The notes under the pieces were generated by a model. The model did not search any database, was not told where the DNA came from, and saw only the letters and a program-made list of their open reading frames with translations. From assembly GCA_964617475.1 (NCBI GenBank), contig CAZTYM010000010.1, positions 4,085-68,084 of the forward strand: 64,000 nt of DNA, given 5' to 3'. Of the stretch, positions 41,639 through 51,599 are shown piece by piece (within the stretch, counting starts at the first letter, position 1; each line of letters begins with the position of its first letter). A program made the position numbers and the translations under genes. Source of the stretch: an uncultured Thiotrichales bacterium. Its GTDB lineage: Bacteria; Pseudomonadota; Gammaproteobacteria; GCA-2400775.

Positions 41639-42487
41639 CTAAAACGGTGTTCTACAACCAACACGACGGTGCTCTAACGCAGGAAAGTTTTTACGTACCT
41701 TAGCAATCGCATTACGATCAATTTCTGCAATAACCACACCCGGCCCGCTATCCTGACTATCTAGCACATTACCCCAGGGGTCAATAATCATTGAATGGCC
41801 AAAACTTTCTCTACCGTTGATATGGTAGCCGCCCTGGTTAGGCGCAACAACGTAAGATAGATTCTCTATTGCCCTAGCGCAGACTAGATGATGCCAATGC
41901 GCCTTACCTGTTGTAGCTGTAAATGCTGAAGGTAAGACAATGATTTCGAGCCCTGATTCAGCCATTTGCCTGAATTGCTCTGGGAACCGTAAATCGTAAC
42001 AAACTGCAATGCCGATTTTACCCAATGGTGTATCAATACAGCAGATTGAATCTCCCGGTTCAATTGCGGCAGACTCCATATACTGCTCATCGCTCTCCTC
42101 AAGATTAACATCAAACAAGTGCATTTTGTCGTATCGAGCAACTCGCTGACCTTCTGAATCAAATAAAATTGACGCAGCACGAACGCGTTGTGGATCGTTG
42201 CCACTGATCGGGACAGTTCCACCCAAAATCCACACACCTAGTTTTTTCGCTTGAGCAGCCATGAACTCCTGAGCCGGACCTGTGCCATCGCTTTCTGCGA
42301 CACGCAGTTTGTCTTGCTCAGTCAATCCCAAAAATGAGAAATTTTCAGGTAAGACACATAGCTTAGCGCCTTGTTCGACGGCAATTGAAAGCAACCTTTC
42401 CGCTTCCATAAGGTTTGCGCTAACACTGGGTCCCGAGGCCATCTGAATAGCAGCGGCAGAGTATTTCATAAAATGATTATTAGTCAT
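41639..42487 (-). CDS. Carbon-nitrogen hydrolase family protein (nitrilase superfamily)
   Basis: 282 aa. E-K-C catalytic triad context: LPENF, YDKMHLF and VCYDLRFPE. Confidence 0.8.
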   Translation of the reverse strand: MTNNHFMKYSAAAIQMASGPSVSANLMEAERLLSIAVEQGAKLCVLPENFSFLGLTEQDKLRVAESDGTGPAQEFMAAQAKKLGVWILGGTVPISGNDPQRVRAASILFDSEGQRVARYDKMHLFDVNLEESDEQYMESAAIEPGDSICCIDTPLGKIGIAVCYDLRFPEQFRQMAESGLEIIVLPSAFTATTGKAHWHHLVCARAIENLSYVVAPNQGGYHINGRESFGHSMIIDPWGNVLDSQDSGPGVVIAEIDRNAIAKVRKNFPALEHRRVGCRTPF

Positions 42488-42514
42488 GACGTATCGTTAT
42501 GTACTTTTTGATAT

Positions 42515-45500
42515 CTATTGCGTTTCTGCATTTCCTAGCAGAACCACTTGAGGATCTTCCCAAGGCCCCGTGATTTGGTATTCATAATGCAATAATTTAG
42601 GGTTAAAAAGTTTATGAAGCAACATAATAGCAGCGCCCACACCAGCACCTGCAGGCCCCGCCACAACTGCACCCACAATTGGCAAACTTGAAGTCACCTC
42701 CGGAGTCACCGCTAAAGTCTGATCATAATCCTGAGTAGCCAGGCCTATTCTACCAACCATATCAATACGTGCCGCAGTGCTCAGCATAACCAGATCATTA
42801 GTAATTGCGTCACCATCTTTGACGACAAAATTACCGTCTATACTATTAACCTGCATCCCTTTTTTGAATAAATCTGAAAAATCAAGACTTAGCCTTTGTG
42901 GTAAAGCCTGAATACTCAACAAACCAAATACTCTGCCCGCACCTGGGTCAATTTCACTGAAATTGATATCTTTGACTTCCAAGCCCAACTCGCCGTTTAA
43001 TTTATCGTGTGAATAATCTGTCGGCGTTCCAAGCCAATGCACATTGGCATTCAACGCCGCATCACCACCTTCTATATTGTCTGAAGCATAGTCCAACTGA
43101 GCCAACATATCAGCCAAATCATTTGACTCAATCGTCACATCAAATGACGTGCGCTGCTCACCTCCATCACTAGCCCATGCGCCTACCCCATTCAACGCAA
43201 AATTAGGCGACGAGATAGATATATTTTCGATAGCCTGGCCCAAGTCACTTCGAGCAGTTTTTAGCGTTACCTGACCAAAATCAGCCTTATTAAACTTAAA
43301 CTTGTCGACTTTGATATCCAAAGTCGGAAAAACATGGGGATCAAGCTCATCTGGTTCTTCAGCTTGCACGGTTGGGGGATCCGGCAAATTAGCATAACCC
43401 AGCATAAGCTCGCCCAACTCGGCATGAACATGTATATCATTATCTGAATTATCAACTTGAATATTACCTAGCAAACCATCACCATTTAACGATATATCCC
43501 AGTTGTTGGCTGCGAACTTTGATCTACTAACTATATTTTTCCAGCTATATCCGAAAAAATCCAAGTGATCCAGACTCAAATTGAAATCAAGCGTTAGAGG
43601 ATCGGTATCTTCATCATCGGACTCAAATAACTCCGACGCAGCCATCCACTCTTCGAATACATATTTACGCAACCTTCCATTCACCACAATACCGCTAGCA
43701 TCAGGAGCAAGTATCTCCGGCACTGCATTTACACCAACATTGAGTAAAGCTAGGCCATCTTCTCCTTCTTTGCCTAACTCCAGATTTGCCAACACCTCTT
43801 TTCCGTAGGACAATTCGATTGTCGAAGCCCCAAATGGTAACGCTGTTTCTAGTGAAAACGTTTTTACTTCATCAGCACGTTTTGCAAATGGTTGTGGAAA
43901 TTGACTTGAGATTCCAACCGTATCAGATTCTAGATACAACTCTCCCTCACCTCCCAGTATAGTAAGAATCGATTTCCATTCTGATCGACCAGACGCTTTC
44001 TCTGTTAACCAAGGCAATCCGCTTATCTCGGCATAAGTCGTCATGTCACCTTCACCATAGGAGATAAACTTCGTGCCTTTTTTATCTCCTTCTTCTAAAG
44101 GCGATATATCTGTTGATGCCGGCATACCAAAGATCGTTCCTTTAATACCACTCCCATGCAAACCGTGTTCGTCAAAGCTAAGCCTACCCTCAATATCATT
44201 GACCACAAAGCTATCGTCTGACACTTTTAGAGTATTCTCATCAAACTCTAATTGTCCCCAAACTTGAGTCTTTCCTGGAATTAAAATATCTAATTGAACG
44301 GATAGATCATTTTCACCCTCAAACTCCAGCACCTTCAAGGCGTGAGCAAATCGTTTTTGCAAAGGGCTGTTATTGAGGAAAACCAAAGCATCATTACTTG
44401 GACCGTTAGCATCAAGTGCTATTTTCATTTTAGCTGGTTTGATATTAAAGTCAGCAACGCGCACACTAGCCTTACTAAGCTGAGTAGAATAAATTTCTGC
44501 TTGATTTGCCAAAATCTCGATTGCTTGATTTTTAATACTGAGAACAGCATCAATATTGCTTAACGAAGGCCAACTTTTGGCATAAGCTAAATCAGCGTCG
44601 GTTATATTTGCCTTTACGGAAAACTCACCCCCTCCTTGTTTAAATGGAAATTTAGAGATATCGCCTTTTAACATTAATTTTCCGCTATCTATCTGTCCTC
44701 TTTGTAATGCCCTGTCATACCATTTTACAGAATCTACAGGCATAACCTTGGCCGGCAAATAACGACTCTTGGCTGCAATATTTGCGCGGCTCACATCTAG
44801 TTGCAAATCTAATTCAGATGATGCGCCAGATGAGCCTTGCTTACTAAGCAACATTGTTCCAGTCATAGCAAGGTCTTCGTTTTCAAAAACGAGGTCATCA
44901 ACGCTTAGCGCCAAACCCGTTTCATCTCGACGCCAGTTCACGCTGGCATTAAATCGATCCAAGCTAATTGGTGCACGCAACCATTGATCCGCATTTAAAA
45001 TCGAGTCTTTACCAGAAAGGATTAAATCACCTTGGTTATTTGCGTAGCGTAAACTTCCTGATAGCCCACTCGCATCAGGCAAATTTTCTATCCCTTCAAA
45101 CGACAGCTTACCGAAATCTATATTTGCAGAAAACGTTCTTTGCTCAGCCAGCCCCCAATACAACAACGCATGATTAACACCTGCGTTAATTTTTGCTTTA
45201 TCTAAGTTTGCTTGCTGCTCTTTAGGGAGAAGAGCGGAGCCACTTACAACACTTAATATATCTCCTAACTCGAAATCATCACTTTCAATCAACAGCGAAC
45301 GATTCGCGATAGAGTCGTCATACACAGCCTGGACATTTAAGCTAACTTCTTCGCCACTATTACGCTCGATTCGTAACTGATCGAACGCTAACGCCATTTT
45401 TTGCCCTTCCTTGACAATAGCAAAGTCAGCATCGACCTTGTTGATTGCCAATGCTTCTACGCCGGTCTCATCTGAGCGCCGCGAGAAAACCAGGTTGCTA

Positions 45501-46345
45501 GAGTTCAGATAGCCTTGGCCACTTATGTTTTGATCTGAATCAATTTCAGCCCATAACTCAAAGCCTGCTCTTCCATTTTGTATTTTTCTCTTGGTTTCAT
45601 CTCGTAGAAAGAACTCTGTCTCAATACCAGATAAGGACACATCTTTACTTTTTAAATAGCTATTTATCGACCACTGATCCTGCAACAATGGAACGCCATT
45701 AAAATTCGAAACTAATTCAACTGTGCCACCGATTTCCTTCGGTAAATCGACATTAACTGATAGCTGACTGCCACGTGATGAATTAACAAGAAAAACACTT
45801 AGTTCAGAAAAAATATGAAGCAACTCTGGCCGTTTTTCACTAGTGACATAAACCGTTCCATTTTCAATAACAACTTGCTTTTGCTCAGACAACCACCGCA
45901 CTAACTGACGTTGTTGCTGTGGATTAGATGCATTATCAGACTTCGGTAGAGCGGCAAGGGAGAACTTTCCTTGTAAATCTTCTAATACGTTGAGTTGAAA
46001 ACCAACCAAACGAATATTATGTGTCACTAATCGTTGTTCAAGCGCAGATCCTATCAGATCGACACCTAAGGCCATTTGATTAAACTCTATACTTTCATCA
46101 TTATCCAACAGGATTGACACATCGTTTAACTCGATCTGGGGTTTGAAATGCCGCCACGAAGCATCAATTTCTGCGATTTTTATTTCCCTGCCAACCGCTT
46201 CGCTAACAGTCGCTGCTATTTGCTGCCTAAAATCATCGGCATAGGGAATCGCTAAACGAACGAGGCTAAGCGTTACTGCCGCAACAATGACAAGCACCGC
46301 AAATACATAAAGTAATAGCGAGGAACAATGGTTAAAAATTTTCAC
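42515..46345 (-). CDS. yhdP: YhdP-family AsmA-like envelope protein (putative phospholipid transport bridge)
   Basis: 1276 aa. N-terminal transmembrane anchor, a long predicted periplasmic repeat body and a Gly-rich C-terminus. The conserved maf-rng-yhdP-CN-hydrolase neighbourhood supports the call. Confidence 0.75.
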   Translation of the reverse strand: MKIFNHCSSLLLYVFAVLVIVAAVTLSLVRLAIPYADDFRQQIAATVSEAVGREIKIAEIDASWRHFKPQIELNDVSILLDNDESIEFNQMALGVDLIGSALEQRLVTHNIRLVGFQLNVLEDLQGKFSLAALPKSDNASNPQQQRQLVRWLSEQKQVVIENGTVYVTSEKRPELLHIFSELSVFLVNSSRGSQLSVNVDLPKEIGGTVELVSNFNGVPLLQDQWSINSYLKSKDVSLSGIETEFFLRDETKRKIQNGRAGFELWAEIDSDQNISGQGYLNSSNLVFSRRSDETGVEALAINKVDADFAIVKEGQKMALAFDQLRIERNSGEEVSLNVQAVYDDSIANRSLLIESDDFELGDILSVVSGSALLPKEQQANLDKAKINAGVNHALLYWGLAEQRTFSANIDFGKLSFEGIENLPDASGLSGSLRYANNQGDLILSGKDSILNADQWLRAPISLDRFNASVNWRRDETGLALSVDDLVFENEDLAMTGTMLLSKQGSSGASSELDLQLDVSRANIAAKSRYLPAKVMPVDSVKWYDRALQRGQIDSGKLMLKGDISKFPFKQGGGEFSVKANITDADLAYAKSWPSLSNIDAVLSIKNQAIEILANQAEIYSTQLSKASVRVADFNIKPAKMKIALDANGPSNDALVFLNNSPLQKRFAHALKVLEFEGENDLSVQLDILIPGKTQVWGQLEFDENTLKVSDDSFVVNDIEGRLSFDEHGLHGSGIKGTIFGMPASTDISPLEEGDKKGTKFISYGEGDMTTYAEISGLPWLTEKASGRSEWKSILTILGGEGELYLESDTVGISSQFPQPFAKRADEVKTFSLETALPFGASTIELSYGKEVLANLELGKEGEDGLALLNVGVNAVPEILAPDASGIVVNGRLRKYVFEEWMAASELFESDDEDTDPLTLDFNLSLDHLDFFGYSWKNIVSRSKFAANNWDISLNGDGLLGNIQVDNSDNDIHVHAELGELMLGYANLPDPPTVQAEEPDELDPHVFPTLDIKVDKFKFNKADFGQVTLKTARSDLGQAIENISISSPNFALNGVGAWASDGGEQRTSFDVTIESNDLADMLAQLDYASDNIEGGDAALNANVHWLGTPTDYSHDKLNGELGLEVKDINFSEIDPGAGRVFGLLSIQALPQRLSLDFSDLFKKGMQVNSIDGNFVVKDGDAITNDLVMLSTAARIDMVGRIGLATQDYDQTLAVTPEVTSSLPIVGAVVAGPAGAGVGAAIMLLHKLFNPKLLHYEYQITGPWEDPQVVLLGNAETQ

Positions 46346-46447
46346 ATTAACAGTATCAGTCTTAGCCTAAAACAAGTACACACCATCTAAGCTTAAGACC
46401 CAATGAACAAGAAGTAGTGCGAAATTCAACAAATACCTTAATTAAGG

Positions 46448-47968
46448 CTACATTAATACAACGTCGAATTGGTCACGGAAATAGAGTGGTTCAGTCTGGA
46501 AACGGATCGGTTTGCCAATAAATTCTTCCAACTCAGCGATACTGGCTGACTCTTCATCCATAAACAATTCAACAACATCGTGCGATGCCAATACCAGGTA
46601 TTGTTGTACGTCGTACTGGCGTGCTTCGCGCAAAATATCACGTAATATCTCATAGCATACCGTTTTAGCGGTTTTAACGGTGCCACGTCCATCACATACC
46701 GGGCAAGATTCGCATAATAATTGGCCCAAGCTTTCGCGCGTTCGTTTGCGCGACATTTCAACCAAACCCAATGGCGATACTTCGGTAATCGCACTTTTTG
46801 CAGTGTCCAAGGCCACGGCTTTTTCCAGAGCACGCAACACTTGTCGCTTATGCTCTTCTTCCTCCATATCGATAAAATCGATAATGATGATGCCACCCAA
46901 ATTACGCAGTCGAAGCTGGCGCATGATAGTATGCACTGCTTCAAGGTTGGTTTTAAATATGGTTTCTTCCAAGTTACGGCTTCCAACATAAGCGCCCGTA
47001 TTGACATCAATCGTGATCATGGCTTCGGTCTGTTCAATGATCAAATAACCGCCTGACTTAAGCGGCACCTTTTTATCTAAGGCACGCTGTATTTCATCTT
47101 CTACGGAATACAAATCAAAGATAGGACGCTCGCCGGGGTAATATTCAATACGCGAAAGCAATTCGGGAATAAACTTTTTCGCCACATCGCCAGCGGTTTT
47201 ATAAGCCTCACGCGAATCAATGCGAATTTTATTGACCTGCGTCCAGGTCATATCGCGAATAGTACGCACTACTAAAGGTAGGTCTTCATGGACAATTTTA
47301 CCCACCGCCGTCTCTTTTGCCTGGCGTTGCACTGAGCGCCAAAGCCGCTGCAAAAAATCCATATCAGCACGCAACTGCTCGGCGCTGGCACCTTCAGCTG
47401 CAGTACGGACAATATAGCTGCCTTGCTCCGCCTCAGCTTCTTGCCGCACTAATTCGCGTAAACGCTCGCGCTCTTCTTCGTCTTCGATACGTTGCGAAAC
47501 GCCAATGGTTTCGAGGTTTTCCATGTAAACTAAAAATCGAGACGCAACGGATAAATGCATGGTCAAACGTGCACCCTTGGTACCAATCGGGTCTTTGGTG
47601 ACCTGCACCAATATTTCCTGGCCTTCGCTCAGCAGCTCGCGTATATCTACTTCATTGGCATGATGACCATTACCATTCGAATTCTCAGCGTTTTCATTAA
47701 GCCCGTTATCACCATCGCCATTAATGTGCACTCTAGTCGGTGCACCATCGACATCGTTAACATGCAAAAAAGCCGTGCGCTCAAGGCCAACTTCAACAAA
47801 CGCCGCCTGCATACCAGGCAAAACCCGGCAGACTTTACCTTTGTATATATTGCCAATTAAGCTTTGCCTGCCGGAACGCTCGATAAAGACTTCTTGTAAT
47901 AAACCATTCTCAACATAGGCAACCCGCGTTTCTCGCGGTGTCACATTAATCAGCAATTCATTATTCAT
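46448..47968 (-). CDS. rng: Ribonuclease G (RNase E/G family)
   Basis: 506 aa. S1 domain at the N-terminus, catalytic DNase-I-like region with DFIDM and the Zn-link CPxCxGxG. It carries a low-complexity insertion (see findings). Confidence 0.9.
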   Translation of the reverse strand: MNNELLINVTPRETRVAYVENGLLQEVFIERSGRQSLIGNIYKGKVCRVLPGMQAAFVEVGLERTAFLHVNDVDGAPTRVHINGDGDNGLNENAENSNGNGHHANEVDIRELLSEGQEILVQVTKDPIGTKGARLTMHLSVASRFLVYMENLETIGVSQRIEDEEERERLRELVRQEAEAEQGSYIVRTAAEGASAEQLRADMDFLQRLWRSVQRQAKETAVGKIVHEDLPLVVRTIRDMTWTQVNKIRIDSREAYKTAGDVAKKFIPELLSRIEYYPGERPIFDLYSVEDEIQRALDKKVPLKSGGYLIIEQTEAMITIDVNTGAYVGSRNLEETIFKTNLEAVHTIMRQLRLRNLGGIIIIDFIDMEEEEHKRQVLRALEKAVALDTAKSAITEVSPLGLVEMSRKRTRESLGQLLCESCPVCDGRGTVKTAKTVCYEILRDILREARQYDVQQYLVLASHDVVELFMDEESASIAELEEFIGKPIRFQTEPLYFRDQFDVVLM

Positions 47969-47980
47969 TTTTATATCTTC

Positions 47981-48574
47981 TTATTGTTCGGTCAGCACCT
48001 TAATGCCAAACCGCTGTAATAAAACCGTAGTCTCGTAGAGTGGCAAACCCATCACGCCGGAATAACTGCCTTCAATACGATCGATAAAGCTCGCCGCCAG
48101 GCCCTGAATACCATAAGCGCCGGCTTTATCCAGCACCGCTTCAGAGGCTACATAAGCGCGAATTCCCTCTTGCGATAAAGCCGCCATATGCACCCGCGTA
48201 GTGCTACAAATACATTCTTCACCACCTTCGCCGATCAGTGCTACCGCCGTCAATACCTCATGCCAATTATTCGATAATCGTGCCAACATTTGAAGCGCGT
48301 CGTGCTCATCAACCGGCTTGCCCAAAACATCACCATCGAGCACTACTATGGTATCTGAGCCGAGGATAGGCATAGACGAACCAACAACCTTGCCGCGCAC
48401 CGCTTGCGCTTTTTCCGTAGCAAGCCGACAGACATAGTCTTTAGGCGATTCACCCTCCTGCTGCCTTTCGTCTATATCCGCCACACAGCGCTCAAAGCTT
48501 ACGCCAATTTGCTGCAATAATTCCCCACGTCTTGGTGAGGCTGAAGCGAGATAAAGATCAGTAGTCACAAGCAT
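47981..48574 (-). CDS. maf: Maf-like nucleoside triphosphate pyrophosphatase
   Basis: 197 aa. LASASPRRGELL N-terminal motif. Confidence 0.85.
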   Translation of the reverse strand: MLVTTDLYLASASPRRGELLQQIGVSFERCVADIDERQQEGESPKDYVCRLATEKAQAVRGKVVGSSMPILGSDTIVVLDGDVLGKPVDEHDALQMLARLSNNWHEVLTAVALIGEGGEECICSTTRVHMAALSQEGIRAYVASEAVLDKAGAYGIQGLAASFIDRIEGSYSGVMGLPLYETTVLLQRFGIKVLTEQ

Positions 48575-48579
48575 AAATC

Positions 48580-48747
48580 CCTAGAACTTATCTCAAAATG
48601 TTTCGAGCGCAGCTGAGACAAGACACGACGGTGCCTTGGGCTCAAAATGAATGAGAAAGCGGAGTTTACACGAGAGTAAATGAGCATTTTGAATTCATTT
48701 TTAACGAAGTATCAGCAAGCCCAGTAATTTTGAGATAAGTTCTAAGC
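48580..48747. repeat. Inverted-repeat element: 20-bp arms flanking a ~127-bp core
   Basis: cctagaacttatctcaaaat (48580-48599) versus attttgagataagttctaag (48727-48746) match 19 of 20 as reverse complements. The core holds a second nested inverted repeat, aaaatgaat...attcatttt. The element abuts the rlmH stop codon and fills the rlmH-maf gap. Confidence 0.5.
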
Positions 48748-49212
48748 TCGATGATAAGGCAAACTGCGACTTATACTCCATGCGCGATAAATTTGTTCAG
48801 CCAAGACTACGCGAACCAACATATGTGGCATGGTCAGCTTGGATAGCGATAAAGAACTATTAGCTTTTTGTAAACAATCTTTAGAAAGGCCATCAGCGCC
48901 ACCGATAAGTAAGGCGACATCTGGACCATCGGCCATCCATTTTTGTAATAGGCTTGATAATTCTTCACTACTGTATTGCTTGCCTTTGACATCTAAAGTA
49001 ACGATCAAGGCACCTTTTGGTATGGTAGCCAACATCCGTTCGCCTTCTTCAACCATGCATTTGTTAGGGTCACTATTTTTTGTTCTTTTTACCGCCGCTA
49101 TCTCGTGTAACCGTATGCGGCATTCATGAGGCAGGCGTTTGGCAAATTCTTCGTATGCATCGGCTGCCCATTTGGGCATACGCGTACCGACGCTAATCAG
49201 GTGTAGCTGCAT
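48742..49212 (-). CDS. rlmH: 23S rRNA (pseudouridine1915-N3)-methyltransferase
   Basis: 156-aa SPOUT-fold protein. N-terminal IISVGTRMPKW motif and the rsfS-rlmH pairing. Confidence 0.9.
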   Translation of the reverse strand: MQLHLISVGTRMPKWAADAYEEFAKRLPHECRIRLHEIAAVKRTKNSDPNKCMVEEGERMLATIPKGALIVTLDVKGKQYSSEELSSLLQKWMADGPDVALLIGGADGLSKDCLQKANSSLSLSKLTMPHMLVRVVLAEQIYRAWSISRSLPYHRA

Positions 49213-49215
49213 AAA

Positions 49216-49575
49216 CTACATTTGCTCGACGTTATCTTGCTGTTCTGGTTGCCAGAGACTTTCTAATTTATAAAACTCGCGCACTTGCGGCAACATGACA
49301 TGGGCGATGACATCACCAAAATCGGTTAGCACCCATTCGCCTTCTTTCTCACCTTCTATCCCTAAAGGTCGCTGACCATTTTTCTTAACCACTTCAATTA
49401 ATTTATCGGACAAAGATTTAACATGACGATCAGATGTACCAGAAGCAACAACCATATAATCTGCTATCGTCGTCAGTCCACGAACATCCAGCACTCTTAC
49501 ATCGAGCGCCTTCATTTCGCTTAGCTCTTCTACGATTAAATCTCTGATTTCTTCTGCTTGCATACATACGTCCAA
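49216..49575 (-). CDS. rsfS: Ribosomal silencing factor RsfS (Iojap)
   Basis: DYMVVASGTSDRHVKSL Iojap motif. The true start is probably the internal MQAEEI. Confidence 0.85.
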   Translation of the reverse strand: MDVCMQAEEIRDLIVEELSEMKALDVRVLDVRGLTTIADYMVVASGTSDRHVKSLSDKLIEVVKKNGQRPLGIEGEKEGEWVLTDFGDVIAHVMLPQVREFYKLESLWQPEQQDNVEQM

Positions 49576-49578
49576 TAG

Positions 49579-50211
49579 TTAAAGTGTTTTATACAAACCA
49601 TGTTGCTCAATATAGCCAGCAACCGAATCTGGCAGTAGATACCGAATAGATTCGTTGGTTGAAATTTTTTGCCTTATTAGTGTTGCCGAAATTTCTAACC
49701 CAGTGACATCTAACTGAATAATACAGCCGGATTTATTATTTTGTAGTTGAGAAAAATCCTCAGTCTTATGCTGACCATACTCACGTTCAACTTCTTCACT
49801 CCATGATATATCTTCATTACCACGCGATATCACTACGATATGCGCGAATTCTAATAACTCTTGCCAGCGATGCCAGGTATGCAAACTCAAAAAAACATCG
49901 CTGCCTTGTATTAAACACAAAGGCTGATCGGCAAATACCTGACGCAGCTCAAGCAAAGTATCAAATGTATACGATGGCCCTTTTCTTTTAATCTCCCTAT
50001 CATCGGCGACTAATTGCTCTTGCCCTGCTAAAGCAAGAATCAACATTTGCCAACGGTGGTCTATAGAAACTTGTGGGAGATCTCTATGCGGAGGTTGTGC
50101 GCTTGGCACCATTAACACTTTTGATAATGACAGCTGCTCTAGCACATCTAAAGCGGTGCGAAGATGGCCGTAATGAATAGGGTTAAACGTACCGCCGTAG
50201 ACACCAATCAT
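49579..50211 (-). CDS. nadD: Nicotinate-nucleotide adenylyltransferase
   Basis: 210 aa. GGTFNPIHYGHL HxGH motif and the C-terminal ISATLIR motif. Confidence 0.9.
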   Translation of the reverse strand: MIGVYGGTFNPIHYGHLRTALDVLEQLSLSKVLMVPSAQPPHRDLPQVSIDHRWQMLILALAGQEQLVADDREIKRKGPSYTFDTLLELRQVFADQPLCLIQGSDVFLSLHTWHRWQELLEFAHIVVISRGNEDISWSEEVEREYGQHKTEDFSQLQNNKSGCIIQLDVTGLEISATLIRQKISTNESIRYLLPDSVAGYIEQHGLYKTL

Positions 50212-50248
50212 TTAGCTTTCTGCTTCGTTGCTTATCATCAGCAACCAA

Positions 50249-51535
50249 CTAAGTTCTAATATGGCCGTCACCCAGTACAATATATTTTTGTGATGTCAGA
50301 CCATGCAAACCGACTGGCCCTCTGGCATGTATCTTATCAGTACTAATACCGATTTCAGCACCCAAACCGTATTCAAAACCATCTGCAAAACGCGTTGATG
50401 CGTTGACCATCACCGAGCTTGAATCGACTTCGCGCAAAAATCGTCTTGTTGCAGAATAATCTTCGCTAACAATGGATTCTGTGTGATTAGAACTATAGCG
50501 GTCTATATGATCTAGCGCTTGGTCTATGCCATCAACTATACGAATAGATAGAATGGGCGCTAAATACTCTTCATCCCAGTCTCCTTCGGTCGCTGCTTTT
50601 ATATCGCTGAGATGTTTTCGTGTTTTTTCACAACCGCGCAGTTCAACGCCTTTTTCAATATAAGCTTTTGCTAAGGCAGGCAATACGCCCTTGGCGATAG
50701 ACTCGGCGACCAACAAGGTTTCCATGGTATTACAGGTACCATAACGCTGTGTTTTTGCGTTAACGGCAATGGCTAGGGCTTTTTCGATATCTGCAGCATC
50801 ATCAATATAAACATGACATACGCCATGCAAATGTTTAATAACCGGCACACGAGCTTCTACGCTGATGCGCTCGATCAAGCCTTTACCACCGCGTGGCACA
50901 ATGACATCGACATAATCTTGCATACGCACCAGTTCACCAACGGCGGCGCGATCTGTAGTTGGCACCACTTGCACTGCAGCCAGCGGTAAGCCCGCTTCAC
51001 GTAAACCATCATGCACACAACGCGCAATAGCGTGATTAGAATGCGCAGCCTCAGAACCACCACGCAAAATCGCAGCATTACCAGACTTTAAACACAGCGC
51101 TGCGGCATCAGCCGTAACGTTAGGACGTGATTCATAAATAATACCGACCACACCTAAAGGTACTCGCATTTGACCCACTTGAATACCCGAGGGGCGGTAA
51201 CTCATATTACTGATTTCGCCGACGGGATCTGGCAGCGCAGCGATCTGGCGTAATCCATCTGCCATGGCTTCAATACGCTCAGGGTTGAGCTCTAAACGAT
51301 CAAGCAAAGCATCGCTTAAACCACGAACACGACCAGCCTCTAAATCTTTTTTATTTTCGCTAATTAAATCAGCTTGGCGATGGCAGATAGCATCTGCAGC
51401 CGCTAGTAAAGCGCGGTTTTTATCGGCAGTATTGGCGGACAATAATTGACGCGATGCCGATTTAGCATTGCGCCCCAGCTCATGCATGAGTTCTACAATG
51501 TCGTTTGAATCTGATTGTGCTGCCAAAGAAACCAT
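50249..51535 (-). CDS. proA: Gamma-glutamyl phosphate reductase
   Basis: 428-aa aldehyde-dehydrogenase-fold protein with the VESVCNAMETLLV-type catalytic Cys region. The start codon is ambiguous between MVSL and MHELG. Confidence 0.9.
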   Translation of the reverse strand: MVSLAAQSDSNDIVELMHELGRNAKSASRQLLSANTADKNRALLAAADAICHRQADLISENKKDLEAGRVRGLSDALLDRLELNPERIEAMADGLRQIAALPDPVGEISNMSYRPSGIQVGQMRVPLGVVGIIYESRPNVTADAAALCLKSGNAAILRGGSEAAHSNHAIARCVHDGLREAGLPLAAVQVVPTTDRAAVGELVRMQDYVDVIVPRGGKGLIERISVEARVPVIKHLHGVCHVYIDDAADIEKALAIAVNAKTQRYGTCNTMETLLVAESIAKGVLPALAKAYIEKGVELRGCEKTRKHLSDIKAATEGDWDEEYLAPILSIRIVDGIDQALDHIDRYSSNHTESIVSEDYSATRRFLREVDSSSVMVNASTRFADGFEYGLGAEIGISTDKIHARGPVGLHGLTSQKYIVLGDGHIRT

Positions 51536-51599
51536 TAAACTAATCTATCGTTTTAAAATATAAGTACGCAGAGTGCGTCAGCTAGCGCTCAATACCAAA

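Noticed and set aside
46453-47010. 185-aa alternative-frame ORF inside rng
   Set aside because: It is fully embedded in the strongly supported RNase G coding region in another frame, with no recognisable domain.
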